In this document: positions 33,417 through 43,205 of the stretch, in pieces
How positions within the stretch are numbered: the stretch's first letter is position 1
Layout of the letters: each line of letters starts with the position of its first letter
From: an uncultured Sphingorhabdus sp.
Lineage (GTDB): Bacteria; Pseudomonadota; Alphaproteobacteria; Sphingomonadales; Sphingomonadaceae
Assembly (NCBI RefSeq): GCF_937872355.1
Contig: NZ_CALMSV010000096.1
Location: forward strand, 25,404-89,403
DNA: 64,000 bases
Direction: 5' to 3'
Translations under genes and position numbers: made by a program
The notes under the pieces: model-generated
What the model saw: the letters and a program-made list of their open reading frames with translations, nothing else
Told to the model about the DNA's origin: nothing
The model's database searches: none

Positions 33417-34609
33417 TTTCGGTCGAGGAAGCGCAGGCGCGAATTCTAGCGCTGAAGGAGCCGGTTGAAACCGAGCGAGTGGCACTGAACAAAGCGGCCG
33501 GGCGCTGGGCGGCGGAGGATGTCGTGGCGCTGCGCACACAGCCTGCGCGGGATTTGTCGGCCATGGATGGTTATGCGATCCGCTTTGCTGACGGCGCTGG
33601 CCCGTGGACGATCATTGGCGAAAGCGCGGCGGGCAAGCAGTTTGTAGGCAGCGTAGGCGCGGGGCAGGCCGTGCGCATCTTCACCGGGGCGGTCGTGCCC
33701 GACGGTGCAGACACCGTCATCATTCAGGAAAATATTGCACGTGACGGTGATGTCATCACCGTGTCTGGCGACGCGCCGCAAAAGATGGGGCAGAATGTAC
33801 GCCGCGCTGGCGGAGACTTTGGCGCAGGAACTATTGTCGTGCCAAAAGGCGCGCAACTCCACGCACGACATATAGCGCTGGCGGCGATGGCGGGGCATGG
33901 TGACATAGCGGTGAGACGCAAATTGAGGGTCGCGATCGTTTCGACCGGTGATGAACTTGTACCGCCGGGACAGTCCTGTGCCGAAGACCAGATCCCTTCC
34001 TCCAACGGCGTCATGCTCGCCACGATGTTGCGCGGGATGCCGGTGGAACTGAGCGAATTTCCCGCCGTGGCGGATGATCTGGATTCCTTGACGCAGCTTT
34101 TCAGAGAACTTTCGGGGCATGATATCATTGTCACAACCGGAGGGGCGTCGGTTGGCGATCACGACCTGATCGTGCCAGCGCTGGAAGCCGCCGGAGGTGA
34201 AATCGTCTTCTGGAAAATTGCAATGCGGCCCGGAAAACCGGTTATCGCAGGGAGAATGGGCCAGGCCGTGGCACTCGGCCTTCCCGGCAATCCGGTTTCG
34301 GCTTTTGTCACCGCGATGCTCTATCTGCAGCCATTAATTGCGAAACTGAGCGGCGCGGCAGACCCGCTGCCCGGGCGACTCACCGCCAAAACCGGCGTTG
34401 ACCTGCCCGCCAATGGCCCCCGCACCGACCACCTTCGGGCCAAACTGGCAGATGGCGCTCTAACACCCGTGGGGGTCAACGACAGCGCCATGCTGGCGGC
34501 CTTGTCAGAGGCTAACGCATTGATAATACGACCAGCGGATGTTGGATTTACCCCGGCTAACAGCGAAGTGCCTTACTACCCTTTACATAGGTCAGATGTC
34601 TCTGGATGA
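33413..34609 (+). CDS. moeA: Molybdopterin molybdotransferase
   Basis: [38 protein letters not shown]. Confidence 0.95.
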   Translation: MISVEEAQARILALKEPVETERVALNKAAGRWAAEDVVALRTQPARDLSAMDGYAIRFADGAGPWTIIGESAAGKQFVGSVGAGQAVRIFTGAVVPDGADTVIIQENIARDGDVITVSGDAPQKMGQNVRRAGGDFGAGTIVVPKGAQLHARHIALAAMAGHGDIAVRRKLRVAIVSTGDELVPPGQSCAEDQIPSSNGVMLATMLRGMPVELSEFPAVADDLDSLTQLFRELSGHDIIVTTGGASVGDHDLIVPALEAAGGEIVFWKIAMRPGKPVIAGRMGQAVALGLPGNPVSAFVTAMLYLQPLIAKLSGAADPLPGRLTAKTGVDLPANGPRTDHLRAKLADGALTPVGVNDSAMLAALSEANALIIRPADVGFTPANSEVPYYPLHRSDVSG

Positions 34610-34616
34610 CGACCTC

Positions 34617-34660
34617 TTGACAACACCCCCATTTGTTTCCTAATCGTTCCACATCTGTTC
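34617..34660 (+). promoter_or_regulatory. lexA promoter with LexA (SOS) boxes
   Basis: TTGACA at 34617-34622 and CTAATC at 34640-34645; GTTT-N7-GTTC-N7-GTTC at 34635-34660. Confidence 0.85.
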
Positions 34661-34679
34661 AACCAGACGGGAACAAACC

Positions 34680-35384
34680 ATGTTGACCTCCAAACAGCAC
34701 GCGCTTTTGATGTTCATCCACGAACGCCTTGAAACATCCGGCGTTTCTCCGTCATTTGAAGAAATGAAAGAGGCGCTTGATCTCAAGAGCAAGTCGGGCG
34801 TGCACCGGCTGATTGGCGCTTTGGAAGAACGCGGCTTTCTTCGCCGTCTCCCCAATCGCGCCCGGGCATTGGAAGTGGTCAAAATGCCCGATGGCGGCAG
34901 CGCCCGTTCGCTCTCGCAACATGAGGCGGTCAATGCAAAGGTCGCGAATATCGCCGACCATCGCCCTGCTCCGGCCAAGACTTTGCCAGTGGCTGCGAAC
35001 GACGTCATCGAAATTCCGTTGCACGGAAAGATAGCCGCCGGTGTTCCGATCGAAGCACTGGAAGGCCAAAATTCGCTTTCGGTGCCGATGGCGTTGCTTG
35101 GATCGGGTGAACATTATGCGCTCGAAGTATCCGGCGATTCGATGGTCGAGGCAGGCATTCTAGATGGCGACTATGCGCTGATCCGTAAAACCCAGACCGC
35201 GCGCGATGGCGAAATTGTGGTAGCACTTGTTCGAGGAGAAGAAGCTACGCTCAAATATCTCCGCCGCGAAAATGGACGCATCCGCCTTGATCCGGCGAAT
35301 AGCAGCTATGACCCGCAATATTATGACGCGAATGAGGTTGAGGTGCAGGGGCGGCTCGCTGGCTTGCTCCGCCGCTATCACTGA
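34680..35384 (+). CDS. lexA: SOS repressor LexA
   Basis: wHTH ([16 protein letters not shown]), Ala-Gly cleavage site IAAGVP, catalytic GDSM and TLK. Confidence 0.97.
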   Translation: MLTSKQHALLMFIHERLETSGVSPSFEEMKEALDLKSKSGVHRLIGALEERGFLRRLPNRARALEVVKMPDGGSARSLSQHEAVNAKVANIADHRPAPAKTLPVAANDVIEIPLHGKIAAGVPIEALEGQNSLSVPMALLGSGEHYALEVSGDSMVEAGILDGDYALIRKTQTARDGEIVVALVRGEEATLKYLRRENGRIRLDPANSSYDPQYYDANEVEVQGRLAGLLRRYH

Positions 35385-37594
35385 GGTTTGGGTACAACAT
35401 TTTGCGAAAGCGGCGGGGCTCCCCTCGCCGCTTTTTCTTTTGCGCGCCGTTCAGCCCGCGCTCGCAGGCGGTGCGGCGCATAGGCCGACCAGGGATGATG
35501 CGCATTTTCTTCAGCAACGCTGCTGATTGTCGCATTGGCCAGATAAAATGCCAACCCACCGGTCTGTTCGAGCAATGTGGCATCCGCCTTCAGCCAACGT
35601 GGTTTGCAACTCCAGGGCAGCCTCCTATTGCTGATAACGATATCGCTCCGCCGACAGGCAGCGGCGAGTTCCATCGTCGGAATCATATAGCCAGAACGCA
35701 AGGCCAATACGCGCCAATTACGGTCACCTTTATGCAGCGCGAATACACAGCCATCCGGATTGCATACTGCACCGCGCATATCGTCCAGTGCCAAGGCCTC
35801 TTCGCCGACTGCCGCCGTTTCTCCCAAGATGGAGCGGGCATATTCCCCAGCCCTAGGTCGCAGCAACGCCAGTTGGCCGTCGCCATGGATGACCGCGAGA
35901 TGCTGCCCATCACCGGTTAACAGCATATCCGGACGTGGTGCACTGAGCATGGCCATGGTTGAGAACAGCATCGGCCCCAATACCAGCCATCGCCAGCGCG
36001 ACCCGAATATCGCGATGATCAACCCTGACAGCATTGCGGCTCCAAATGCCCACACCGGCATTTCGGGCAATAGAGCAACAGCGCCAGGGGCCGCGCTCAC
36101 CGAATGGGCGATCCACAGAATTGCTGTGATTCCCTGCTTTGCCACCCACCAAAAGGGCACGCCCAAACCCGACCATAGGAAATCGGCCAAAAGGCCCAGC
36201 AATTGCGCCGGCATGACCAGAAATGTCGTCAAGGGAATGGCTGCTATGTTCGCCAGCGCGCCATAGAGGCCGCTTTTGTGAAAATGAAACAGGGCAATCG
36301 GGGCCAGCACCAGCTCAATTGCCAAGCCCGTTAGCAGCAGCCCCGATAATTGCCGGAGCAAGCGAAAGTGTAGTCCCTCGTCGCGCCGCTGCATCCAATG
36401 CCGCATCCATACGCTGTCGTGTAAAATGATGATGGTTCCTACCGCCGCAAAGCTCAGCTGAAAGCTGGGCCCGGCAAGCGCCTCCGGCCAAAAAAGAAGG
36501 ACAAAGGTGGCACCGGCAGCGAGCAGGCGCAGGGACAAAGCCTCTCGTCCCATCGCCAATGCAACGAGTATCAGCAAGGCCGCGATACAGGCGCGAACCG
36601 TCGGTACCTCCGCGCCGGTCAACAATGTGTAGAGGACGGCGATAATGGCAGCGCAAGCTGCTGCCGCCAGCGGCACCGACACGCGCAAAGCCAGCCAGGG
36701 CCATAGCGCCAGCAGACTTGCGACCAATATAAAGGTACCGCCCACAACAGCGGTCACATGCAACCCACTAACCGATAAAAGATGCGCCATGCCCGAATTA
36801 CGCAAGGCCTCTGCATCAGTCTCTTCGATGCTGCCGCGCGTGCCGACCAGCAAAGCGCTACCGACCGGCCCAGTTTCACTGCCCATCGCCAACTGGATCT
36901 GCGTCGATAGCGCGTTGCGGGCGCTGTTCCAGAAATCCTGTCGGTTGAGCGGCAGAGACAATATGCGAACCGCCCCCAATATCCGGCCCGTTGCGCCTAT
37001 TCCACCAAACCATGCAGTCCTTGCAAAATCATAGCTTCCCGGCAAGGCTGGCCCCGGCGGCGGCATCAATCGCGCCTTGAACTCGATCACGCTTCCCGGC
37101 GCGATGTCAGGCAAAGCAAGCTGCTTGTCGATATTCACCCGAATGATCGGGGGCAGTTCCGGATGCTGACCGACATATATTCGGTAGCGGACAATATCGC
37201 GCGCCGACACATCCTCTGTGCTTTCGACACGCCCGTGGAGCTTGCCAATCCAGGGTCTTTCCAGCGGCGCGGCACCGTACAGCCATGATTTGAATGTTAT
37301 CGCGCCGAAACCCAGCCCGAGCAAAAGCGCGCCGATGAGCAATAGCCCCTTCAAACGCGAAGATGGGCGAATGGCTATTCCGAGCAATGCCGTACCGATA
37401 CAGGCGCTGCCCACCAACCACCAAATTTCTGCGCCAAAAACCTGCCAGATTGAAATTCCAAGACCGATCGCGACCGGAATCAACAGCGGAAGGCGTTCCT
37501 GTTCGGATTCCAGCCAGTTTTCAATGGAGGAAAGCCATTTGCTGCCCGATTGCTCGGCTGTGATCGATACGGGTTCATCGATAGCAAATTGCAT
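35378..37594 (-). CDS. comEC: ComEC/Rec2 competence protein (no C-terminal metallo-beta-lactamase domain)
   Basis: DUF4131-like region [26 protein letters not shown], many TMs; start uncertain (37594-37630). Confidence 0.88.
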   Translation of the reverse strand: MQFAIDEPVSITAEQSGSKWLSSIENWLESEQERLPLLIPVAIGLGISIWQVFGAEIWWLVGSACIGTALLGIAIRPSSRLKGLLLIGALLLGLGFGAITFKSWLYGAAPLERPWIGKLHGRVESTEDVSARDIVRYRIYVGQHPELPPIIRVNIDKQLALPDIAPGSVIEFKARLMPPPGPALPGSYDFARTAWFGGIGATGRILGAVRILSLPLNRQDFWNSARNALSTQIQLAMGSETGPVGSALLVGTRGSIEETDAEALRNSGMAHLLSVSGLHVTAVVGGTFILVASLLALWPWLALRVSVPLAAAACAAIIAVLYTLLTGAEVPTVRACIAALLILVALAMGREALSLRLLAAGATFVLLFWPEALAGPSFQLSFAAVGTIIILHDSVWMRHWMQRRDEGLHFRLLRQLSGLLLTGLAIELVLAPIALFHFHKSGLYGALANIAAIPLTTFLVMPAQLLGLLADFLWSGLGVPFWWVAKQGITAILWIAHSVSAAPGAVALLPEMPVWAFGAAMLSGLIIAIFGSRWRWLVLGPMLFSTMAMLSAPRPDMLLTGDGQHLAVIHGDGQLALLRPRAGEYARSILGETAAVGEEALALDDMRGAVCNPDGCVFALHKGDRNWRVLALRSGYMIPTMELAAACRRSDIVISNRRLPWSCKPRWLKADATLLEQTGGLAFYLANATISSVAEENAHHPWSAYAPHRLRARAERRAKEKAARGAPPLSQNVVPKPQ
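35407..35440 (+). terminator. Intrinsic terminator after lexA
   Basis: AAAGCGGCGGGG..CCCCTCGCCGC followed by TTTTTCTTT; A-tract before the stem suggests bidirectional use. Confidence 0.75.
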
Positions 37595-37871
37595 GTTGCG
37601 GCCAGCCCTGAAACCAGTGCGCCACCACAATGTCTGTTATGCTTGTGTTTCAACGAGAAACAAGCCGTTTTCGATGCCCTTGACGCGCCGCACAAAACTG
37701 CGCAAGGAAGCCGCGACAAGGGGCATATTCCGACCTCGGTCTTGCTATGCCTGTATTATCGTCTCCCGCCTCTTGTGAGGCCGCCAAAACTATAAAAACA
37801 ACCGGATTTGGCGGTTTGACAGGAGTAAATGAAATCGGCTTTCCCCGGCCAAATGAGTGAATGGAACGCGC

Positions 37872-39158
37872 ATGACAAACAAGGTTGCGACTCTCAACTT
37901 GGGTGACCAGCAGGTCGACCTGCCAGTGGTATCGGGGACGGTGGGTCCGGATGTTATCGACATCCGCAAGCTCTATGCCCAGACCGATTGCTTCACCTTT
38001 GACCCGGGCTTTACCTCAACCGCCAGCTGTGAATCGCAGTTGACCTATATCGATGGCGACGAAGGTGTGCTGTTGCACCGCGGCTATTCGATTGAGGAGT
38101 TGTCCGAAGAATCGAGCTTCATGGAAGTCTCCTATCTGCTGCTGAACGGCGAACTGCCGTCGAAGCAGGAACTGGACGATTTCAGTTACACCATTTCGCG
38201 CCATACAATGCTGCACGAGCAGCTGGCGACCTTCTATCGCGGTTTCCGCCGCGACGCGCACCCGATGGCGATCATGTGCGGCGTGGTTGGGGCTTTGTCG
38301 GCCTTCTATCATGATTCGACTGATATTTCAGATCCGGTTCAGCGCAAGATTGCCAGCCACCGCCTGATTGCCAAGATGCCAACCATTGCGGCAATGGCCT
38401 ATAAATATTCGGTCGGGCAGCCCTTCATCTATCCCGACAACAAGCTGTCTTACACCGGCAACTTCCTGCGCATGACCTTTGGCGTTCCGGCCGAAGAATA
38501 TGAAGTCATTCCAGCCGTCGAGCAGGCATTGGATCGCATCTTCATCCTGCATGCCGACCATGAGCAGAATGCGTCGACTTCGACTGTGCGCCTTGCCGGC
38601 TCGTCGGGTGCCAATCCCTTCGCTTGTATCGCAGCGGGCATTGCCTGCCTCTGGGGCCCGGCACATGGGGGCGCCAATGAAGCGGCGCTCAACATGCTGC
38701 GCGAAATCGGCACGCCCGACAAGATTCCGCACTATATCGAACGCGCGAAGGACAAGAATGATCCGTTCCGCCTGATGGGCTTTGGTCACCGCGTTTACAA
38801 AAATTACGACCCCCGTGCGACCGTTATGCAGAAAACGGTGCGTGAAGTGCTGACCGCGCTGAAGGTCAACGATCCCATTTTCGAAGTTGCGATGCAGCTT
38901 GAGGAAATGGCGCTCAACGACCCCTATTTCATCGAGAAGAAGCTGTTCCCGAACGTCGATTTCTATTCGGGCATCATCCTGTCGGCGATCGGTTTCCCGA
39001 CCACGATGTTCACCGTGCTCTTTGCCCTCGCCCGCACCGTGGGCTGGGTCGCGCAGTGGAATGAGATGATTTCCGATCCCGGCCAGAAAATCGGCCGTCC
39101 GCGTCAGTTGTACACTGGCCCGACGGCACGCCCTTACGTGCCAGTTGGCAAGCGCTAA
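37872..39158 (+). CDS. gltA: Type II citrate synthase
   Basis: [42 protein letters not shown]. Confidence 0.98.
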   Translation: MTNKVATLNLGDQQVDLPVVSGTVGPDVIDIRKLYAQTDCFTFDPGFTSTASCESQLTYIDGDEGVLLHRGYSIEELSEESSFMEVSYLLLNGELPSKQELDDFSYTISRHTMLHEQLATFYRGFRRDAHPMAIMCGVVGALSAFYHDSTDISDPVQRKIASHRLIAKMPTIAAMAYKYSVGQPFIYPDNKLSYTGNFLRMTFGVPAEEYEVIPAVEQALDRIFILHADHEQNASTSTVRLAGSSGANPFACIAAGIACLWGPAHGGANEAALNMLREIGTPDKIPHYIERAKDKNDPFRLMGFGHRVYKNYDPRATVMQKTVREVLTALKVNDPIFEVAMQLEEMALNDPYFIEKKLFPNVDFYSGIILSAIGFPTTMFTVLFALARTVGWVAQWNEMISDPGQKIGRPRQLYTGPTARPYVPVGKR

Positions 39159-39176
39159 GTAGATAAGTCGTAAATA

Positions 39177-40541
39177 TTAGGCGATTGGCAGGTTGAGCGT
39201 GAAGCGCGCGCCGCCTGCCGATCCGGTTTCGATTGACAGTTCGCCCCCCATCGCTCTTGCGAGTTTGCGGGAAATATAAAGACCCAGCCCGCTCCCGCCA
39301 TCTCCAGAGCGTCCAAGCCGTTCAAATTTGGTGAAAACGCGTTCGCGATCTTCCTCCGGAATTCCAGGTCCCTCATCTTCAACCGATATTGTTGCTGCAG
39401 TGGGATTGATAATGATCTGGATCCGAGTGCCGCCTGGTGAATAACGAATAGCATTACCGACCAGATTGAGAACGATCTGCAACACTCGTCTGAATTCCCC
39501 CACGACAACACATTTTATGTCCTCATCCGGGGAAATCAGCGTAATCTGATGGTCAGCCGCCTTCAGTGCAAGCAAACCCGAAACACGGCGAGCTATGTCA
39601 CCAAGTTCGACAGGTTCACGCGCGACCTTGAACTCGGGTCTGTCGATCGCATCAAGATCCTCCAGATCGCCTACCAGTTCAGACAGGTGCTTTGCGGCTG
39701 ACGCTATGTCCTTCGCATAGCTGGAATATTGCTCCAATATCGGTCCGTTCAATTCCGACCCGATAGTTTCAGCATTGGCCAATATGCGGCCCAGCGGCTG
39801 GCGAACGGCATTTGCGAAGTGTCGGCCAAGCCCCATTCCGGCATTCGCATGCTTCTCTTCTGCATTGGTACCACTTCCAACCGTTGGCAGCGCTTCTGGA
39901 AACAAGAATACCAGATGCACTCCAACCACAGGTTCGGTATCCGACTTTTTTAGATCTACCAGTGCCGTCAGTTCCACGTCTGTGGAACGATTCCTGACCC
40001 GCACTCGTTCGGGAATATCACCTGGCGCTCTCAGAAGCGCCTCAAATCCCGCCGGATGATCAATCAGATCGAAATGTTCGTCGAACGCATAAGCAACGAA
40101 TTCATTCCCGAAATTTTCGAGCAAAGCTCTGGACGCGCTCAAAACGACCCCAGAACGACTGATTTGCATGGACTGCGGTGCGTTGCGAACGACATGTTGC
40201 CCAGCGCGAGTCCTGAAGGGCGACGCAGACAGAACTGCCGTGCCTCGCTCCTGCCACCCGATAATAGAAAGATGGACATTCCGGTCCTTCTTTTCAGCTT
40301 CGACCCATAATTCGATATCATGGTCTTTATCGGCTGCGTAAACATACCGTTCGAACCGCAAACCCGTTTGACAACACAGATTCGCCAAATCCAGCAAACC
40401 AGGAACGGCTATTACGCCTCCATCACGACCACCATTTGAAGCGTGCAGCCTGCGTATCGCGACGTCGGCCGCGATTAAACGGCCCTCTTGGTCGACAACA
40501 CATTTAATTGGCAACGCGAGCCGTGCTGGCAGATTCTGCAT
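39177..40541 (-). CDS. PleC/DivJ-like sensor histidine kinase lacking the phospho-His (pseudokinase)
   Basis: H-box position reads FANAVRQPL; HATPase N (LNLVGNAIRYS), G1 (DEGPGI) and G2 (GSGLGL) intact; PAS-like N-terminus. Confidence 0.8.
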   Translation of the reverse strand: MQNLPARLALPIKCVVDQEGRLIAADVAIRRLHASNGGRDGGVIAVPGLLDLANLCCQTGLRFERYVYAADKDHDIELWVEAEKKDRNVHLSIIGWQERGTAVLSASPFRTRAGQHVVRNAPQSMQISRSGVVLSASRALLENFGNEFVAYAFDEHFDLIDHPAGFEALLRAPGDIPERVRVRNRSTDVELTALVDLKKSDTEPVVGVHLVFLFPEALPTVGSGTNAEEKHANAGMGLGRHFANAVRQPLGRILANAETIGSELNGPILEQYSSYAKDIASAAKHLSELVGDLEDLDAIDRPEFKVAREPVELGDIARRVSGLLALKAADHQITLISPDEDIKCVVVGEFRRVLQIVLNLVGNAIRYSPGGTRIQIIINPTAATISVEDEGPGIPEEDRERVFTKFERLGRSGDGGSGLGLYISRKLARAMGGELSIETGSAGGARFTLNLPIA

Positions 40542-41437
40542 CAGCCGGCCCTCGCAGTCGCTTCAGCGCCAAGCCGCCACTGCAATACCGTCGAACGCGC
40601 CTGATCTACATTTACGGATTCAAATTGTTCGAGCGATAAGGCAAGGCGATAGTCATCGCCGCGATCACCACGCAAATATTGTAAAATAGACAGTGCAGAT
40701 TTCGGATCGCTGCCACGCGCTCGTAGCAGCGTCAAAAAGGGTGCCACGGGGCCTTCATCAATAAAACGCAATATCCGCTCATGTGTAATCCGGAACTCCT
40801 GAGCTAACCCGCTGACATATAGCGAAAGTCCAGCACTTATAGGATCGTTCAAGCCCGGCCGAACTTCATCGGGCAGAAAATAAGCGAGCTTTGCCGCAGC
40901 AGCGCTCAATGTCCGCGATTCATCATGTGCAGCCAGGAACAGGTTGCCAGCTTTGATATAGTCGCGACGCTCACCAATCGATCCGGACTGGAACACTGCT
41001 ACCACACGCCAGAGTAAAAGATGCAGTAATTCAGCTGGCATCTGACTGGTAAGATTTTCTGGTGTTCGCCACTCAATCGCACTTTCTGCGACCAACAGAT
41101 TGCGGGCAGATTGCGCAAGCATCGCATCCTTGCTGTCTATCATCTGTGCTGCAATCTGACCGAATTTATCTGGTCTGCCTTCATTAACTCGGCGCGAAAT
41201 CTGCTCTTCTGCAATGCGTGCAAGAGCGAACTCAATAAGCGATTGCTCGCGAAGCAAACCTGATCGACACAGAATGTCCCAGCTTTTTGGGAGGACTTCT
41301 GCTTGCTCGATACCTAGCCCTCTTTCAATACCTTGCACCAGCATTTGCAGTACCAATCGGACAGATGCCTGCATGGCTTCACTTGGTGCATTCTGGACGC
41401 GCGGAAACAGCAGCTGGGCGAGGTCGTCGCACAGCAT
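40541..41437 (-). CDS. All-helical hypothetical protein, DUF2336-like
   Basis: 298-aa ORF coupled to the kinase (TGATG); DUF2336 resemblance by eye only; frame stays open upstream to about 41545. Confidence 0.55.
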   Translation of the reverse strand: MLCDDLAQLLFPRVQNAPSEAMQASVRLVLQMLVQGIERGLGIEQAEVLPKSWDILCRSGLLREQSLIEFALARIAEEQISRRVNEGRPDKFGQIAAQMIDSKDAMLAQSARNLLVAESAIEWRTPENLTSQMPAELLHLLLWRVVAVFQSGSIGERRDYIKAGNLFLAAHDESRTLSAAAAKLAYFLPDEVRPGLNDPISAGLSLYVSGLAQEFRITHERILRFIDEGPVAPFLTLLRARGSDPKSALSILQYLRGDRGDDYRLALSLEQFESVNVDQARSTVLQWRLGAEATARAG

Positions 41438-41551
41438 CTGCGCATCTATTGCAGAAGCGGTTGCTGCATTTAGCAGCTCAGGGGTTTCAGCGTCTCCCAG
41501 ATTCCTATCCGATGTTCCTGGAACTACGGACTTGATATAGGGTTTTCGGGG

Positions 41552-41566
41552 TTAATTTGAATTTAA
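41552..41566. promoter_or_regulatory. CtrA full binding site
   Basis: TTAA-TTTGAAT-TTAA(C); reads TTAA-N7-TTAAC on both strands. Confidence 0.7.
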
Positions 41567-42760
41567 CTGTCCGAGATTTCGCATCTGACCCCAGCGAGCC
41601 CCGATATTCAGCCCGAGGAGAATGACGATGACGCTCTTCGCGACAAGCGAAAGAGGAAATAGAAACAAACCGATAAGCAGCGATAAAGTGACTGCCAATG
41701 GCGAAATAGTACGAAGCGTCCTGTCCTTTGGTGACATATGTGACATCAGGACCAGCGCCACTAATAGGGTTGTGAGAAACGACATGTCGACAAGCGACTC
41801 CCCGCTGCGCCAAAATGACGCCAGCAAAGTCGCCGTACCTGCAAACTGGATTGCCCAACTCAAATAATCATTGGCTTTTACATGATATTCAATGGCCCGT
41901 AATTGTTGCCTGAGTGTTTCCAGGCAAAGAGCCAGAACGTAAACGGCTAAAGCCGCCATGATATGGCCACCATAAGCGACTGCCACCGAAGCGATAGAAA
42001 CAACCACTGGTGCCCAGCCAAAAGCCGCCATCAAGGCAGGTCTCTGCGACACCGGTGCAATAAGTCCGCCAGACAGATTGGCAACGACAGCTTCCATCGT
42101 TCCAGATTGCCGGAACTCCAAAAAATGAGATCCAATTATCTTTTCGTAATCACCGGTACTGGAAACGTGCAGCAGCGAGCCATCAGTGATCCTTTGTTGA
42201 CTGATAGCGACTTCCGAAGCGCCTAACTGCAAGGAATGACGGAGCAGAAAAGACGCTAGGCTCCAGCCTTCTGGCATTTCCTTGGATTGAAGCAGGATAC
42301 CGGCTTCGAGAACCGCGACCCCGGACCAGCGACGATTCAAATCAATACGTTCAAACAAGCCGTTGGCAGGCCCTTCCTCAACAGTGCCGACACTGTTCGC
42401 TTTCCAAGACAACACCTCCTGCAACAGGCCGTCATCGAGCCATAATTCTGGCGCAACCAACAAAAATGGCCCGTCGAAATAATCTGCCTCGGAAAAATTC
42501 ACCGGGCGCAGCAAACGGACATTGCCACCTTCTGCCCGCATCTGTTCGACTAGCTGCGGTAGCTCGCCGGGGATGGCGTCGACCGCGATGATGATATCAT
42601 CGACGCCAAGCCGCTGCAGTTGTTTGACTTGATGGAATATCGCGGGTTTGCCGAATATTTTCGGCAACATCGCTGGCGCTCCGAAATTATCGAGCGGAGT
42701 TTCGACGCAGATCACTGCGCAATGGATGTTCAAATTATGGTCCGACGGCAAGTTGGGCAT
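41552..42760 (-). CDS. Hypothetical protein: degenerate nucleotidyltransferase-like N-domain plus C-terminal TM bundle
   Basis: MLPKIFGKPAIFHQVKQLQRLGVDDIIIAVD resembles the NTP_transferase start; about 6 hydrophobic helices at C-terminus; start 42760 or 42808. Confidence 0.6.
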   Translation of the reverse strand: MPNLPSDHNLNIHCAVICVETPLDNFGAPAMLPKIFGKPAIFHQVKQLQRLGVDDIIIAVDAIPGELPQLVEQMRAEGGNVRLLRPVNFSEADYFDGPFLLVAPELWLDDGLLQEVLSWKANSVGTVEEGPANGLFERIDLNRRWSGVAVLEAGILLQSKEMPEGWSLASFLLRHSLQLGASEVAISQQRITDGSLLHVSSTGDYEKIIGSHFLEFRQSGTMEAVVANLSGGLIAPVSQRPALMAAFGWAPVVVSIASVAVAYGGHIMAALAVYVLALCLETLRQQLRAIEYHVKANDYLSWAIQFAGTATLLASFWRSGESLVDMSFLTTLLVALVLMSHMSPKDRTLRTISPLAVTLSLLIGLFLFPLSLVAKSVIVILLGLNIGARWGQMRNLGQLNSN

Positions 42761-42838
42761 TGATCCGCTATGCCGACAGCCAGAAAATTGCCAAGCGCTT
42801 TCTGGCAATCAGGCCCGCAGCACGTTCAGACTTTGGGA

Positions 42839-43144
42839 TTAAATCCCTTGTTCGATTTGGCTAACCAGGGTCACAAGTTTTCGGACAACTACAGGATCAC
42901 CTGGCGCACCCAAATTCGCCTCATCCGCCAGATACATCATTTCCGTTGCACCGAAACTGGCCGCAAGTCCCTTGAGGCGAAAACAGCAATATTGCCAGTT
43001 CGCATCGCAGCGAGACCTTCCAAGAAGGTCGATCTGGCGCTTTGCACTATCCAAAAACGCAAGACGCAGCTCCGCCATCAGCGCGGCATCATCGCCTGCA
43101 GCCGCGCTCAAAGATGTGTCAAATGCGCCATAGTCCATTGCCAT
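42839..43144 (-). CDS. Hpt-domain-like protein lacking the phospho-His
   Basis: About 100 aa helical; CCFRLKGLAASFGA aligns to Hpt AHxLKGxAxxFGA. Confidence 0.7.
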   Translation of the reverse strand: MAMDYGAFDTSLSAAAGDDAALMAELRLAFLDSAKRQIDLLGRSRCDANWQYCCFRLKGLAASFGATEMMYLADEANLGAPGDPVVVRKLVTLVSQIEQGI

Positions 43145-43154
43145 AATGCAATAT

Positions 43155-43173
43155 TTATCCACAGGCAGGTTAA
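43155..43173. promoter_or_regulatory. DnaA box plus CtrA half-site in divergent promoter
   Basis: TTATCCACA at 43155-43163; GGTTAA (TTAACC on minus strand) at 43168-43173. Confidence 0.5.
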
Positions 43174-43205
43174 CTTTGCGTTTCAACACTCCTAAATTGT
43201 GGTAA

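Noticed and set aside
43155-43163. Replication origin
   Set aside because: Single DnaA box, no box cluster or AT-rich unwinding element, and no hemE/dnaA/parAB context
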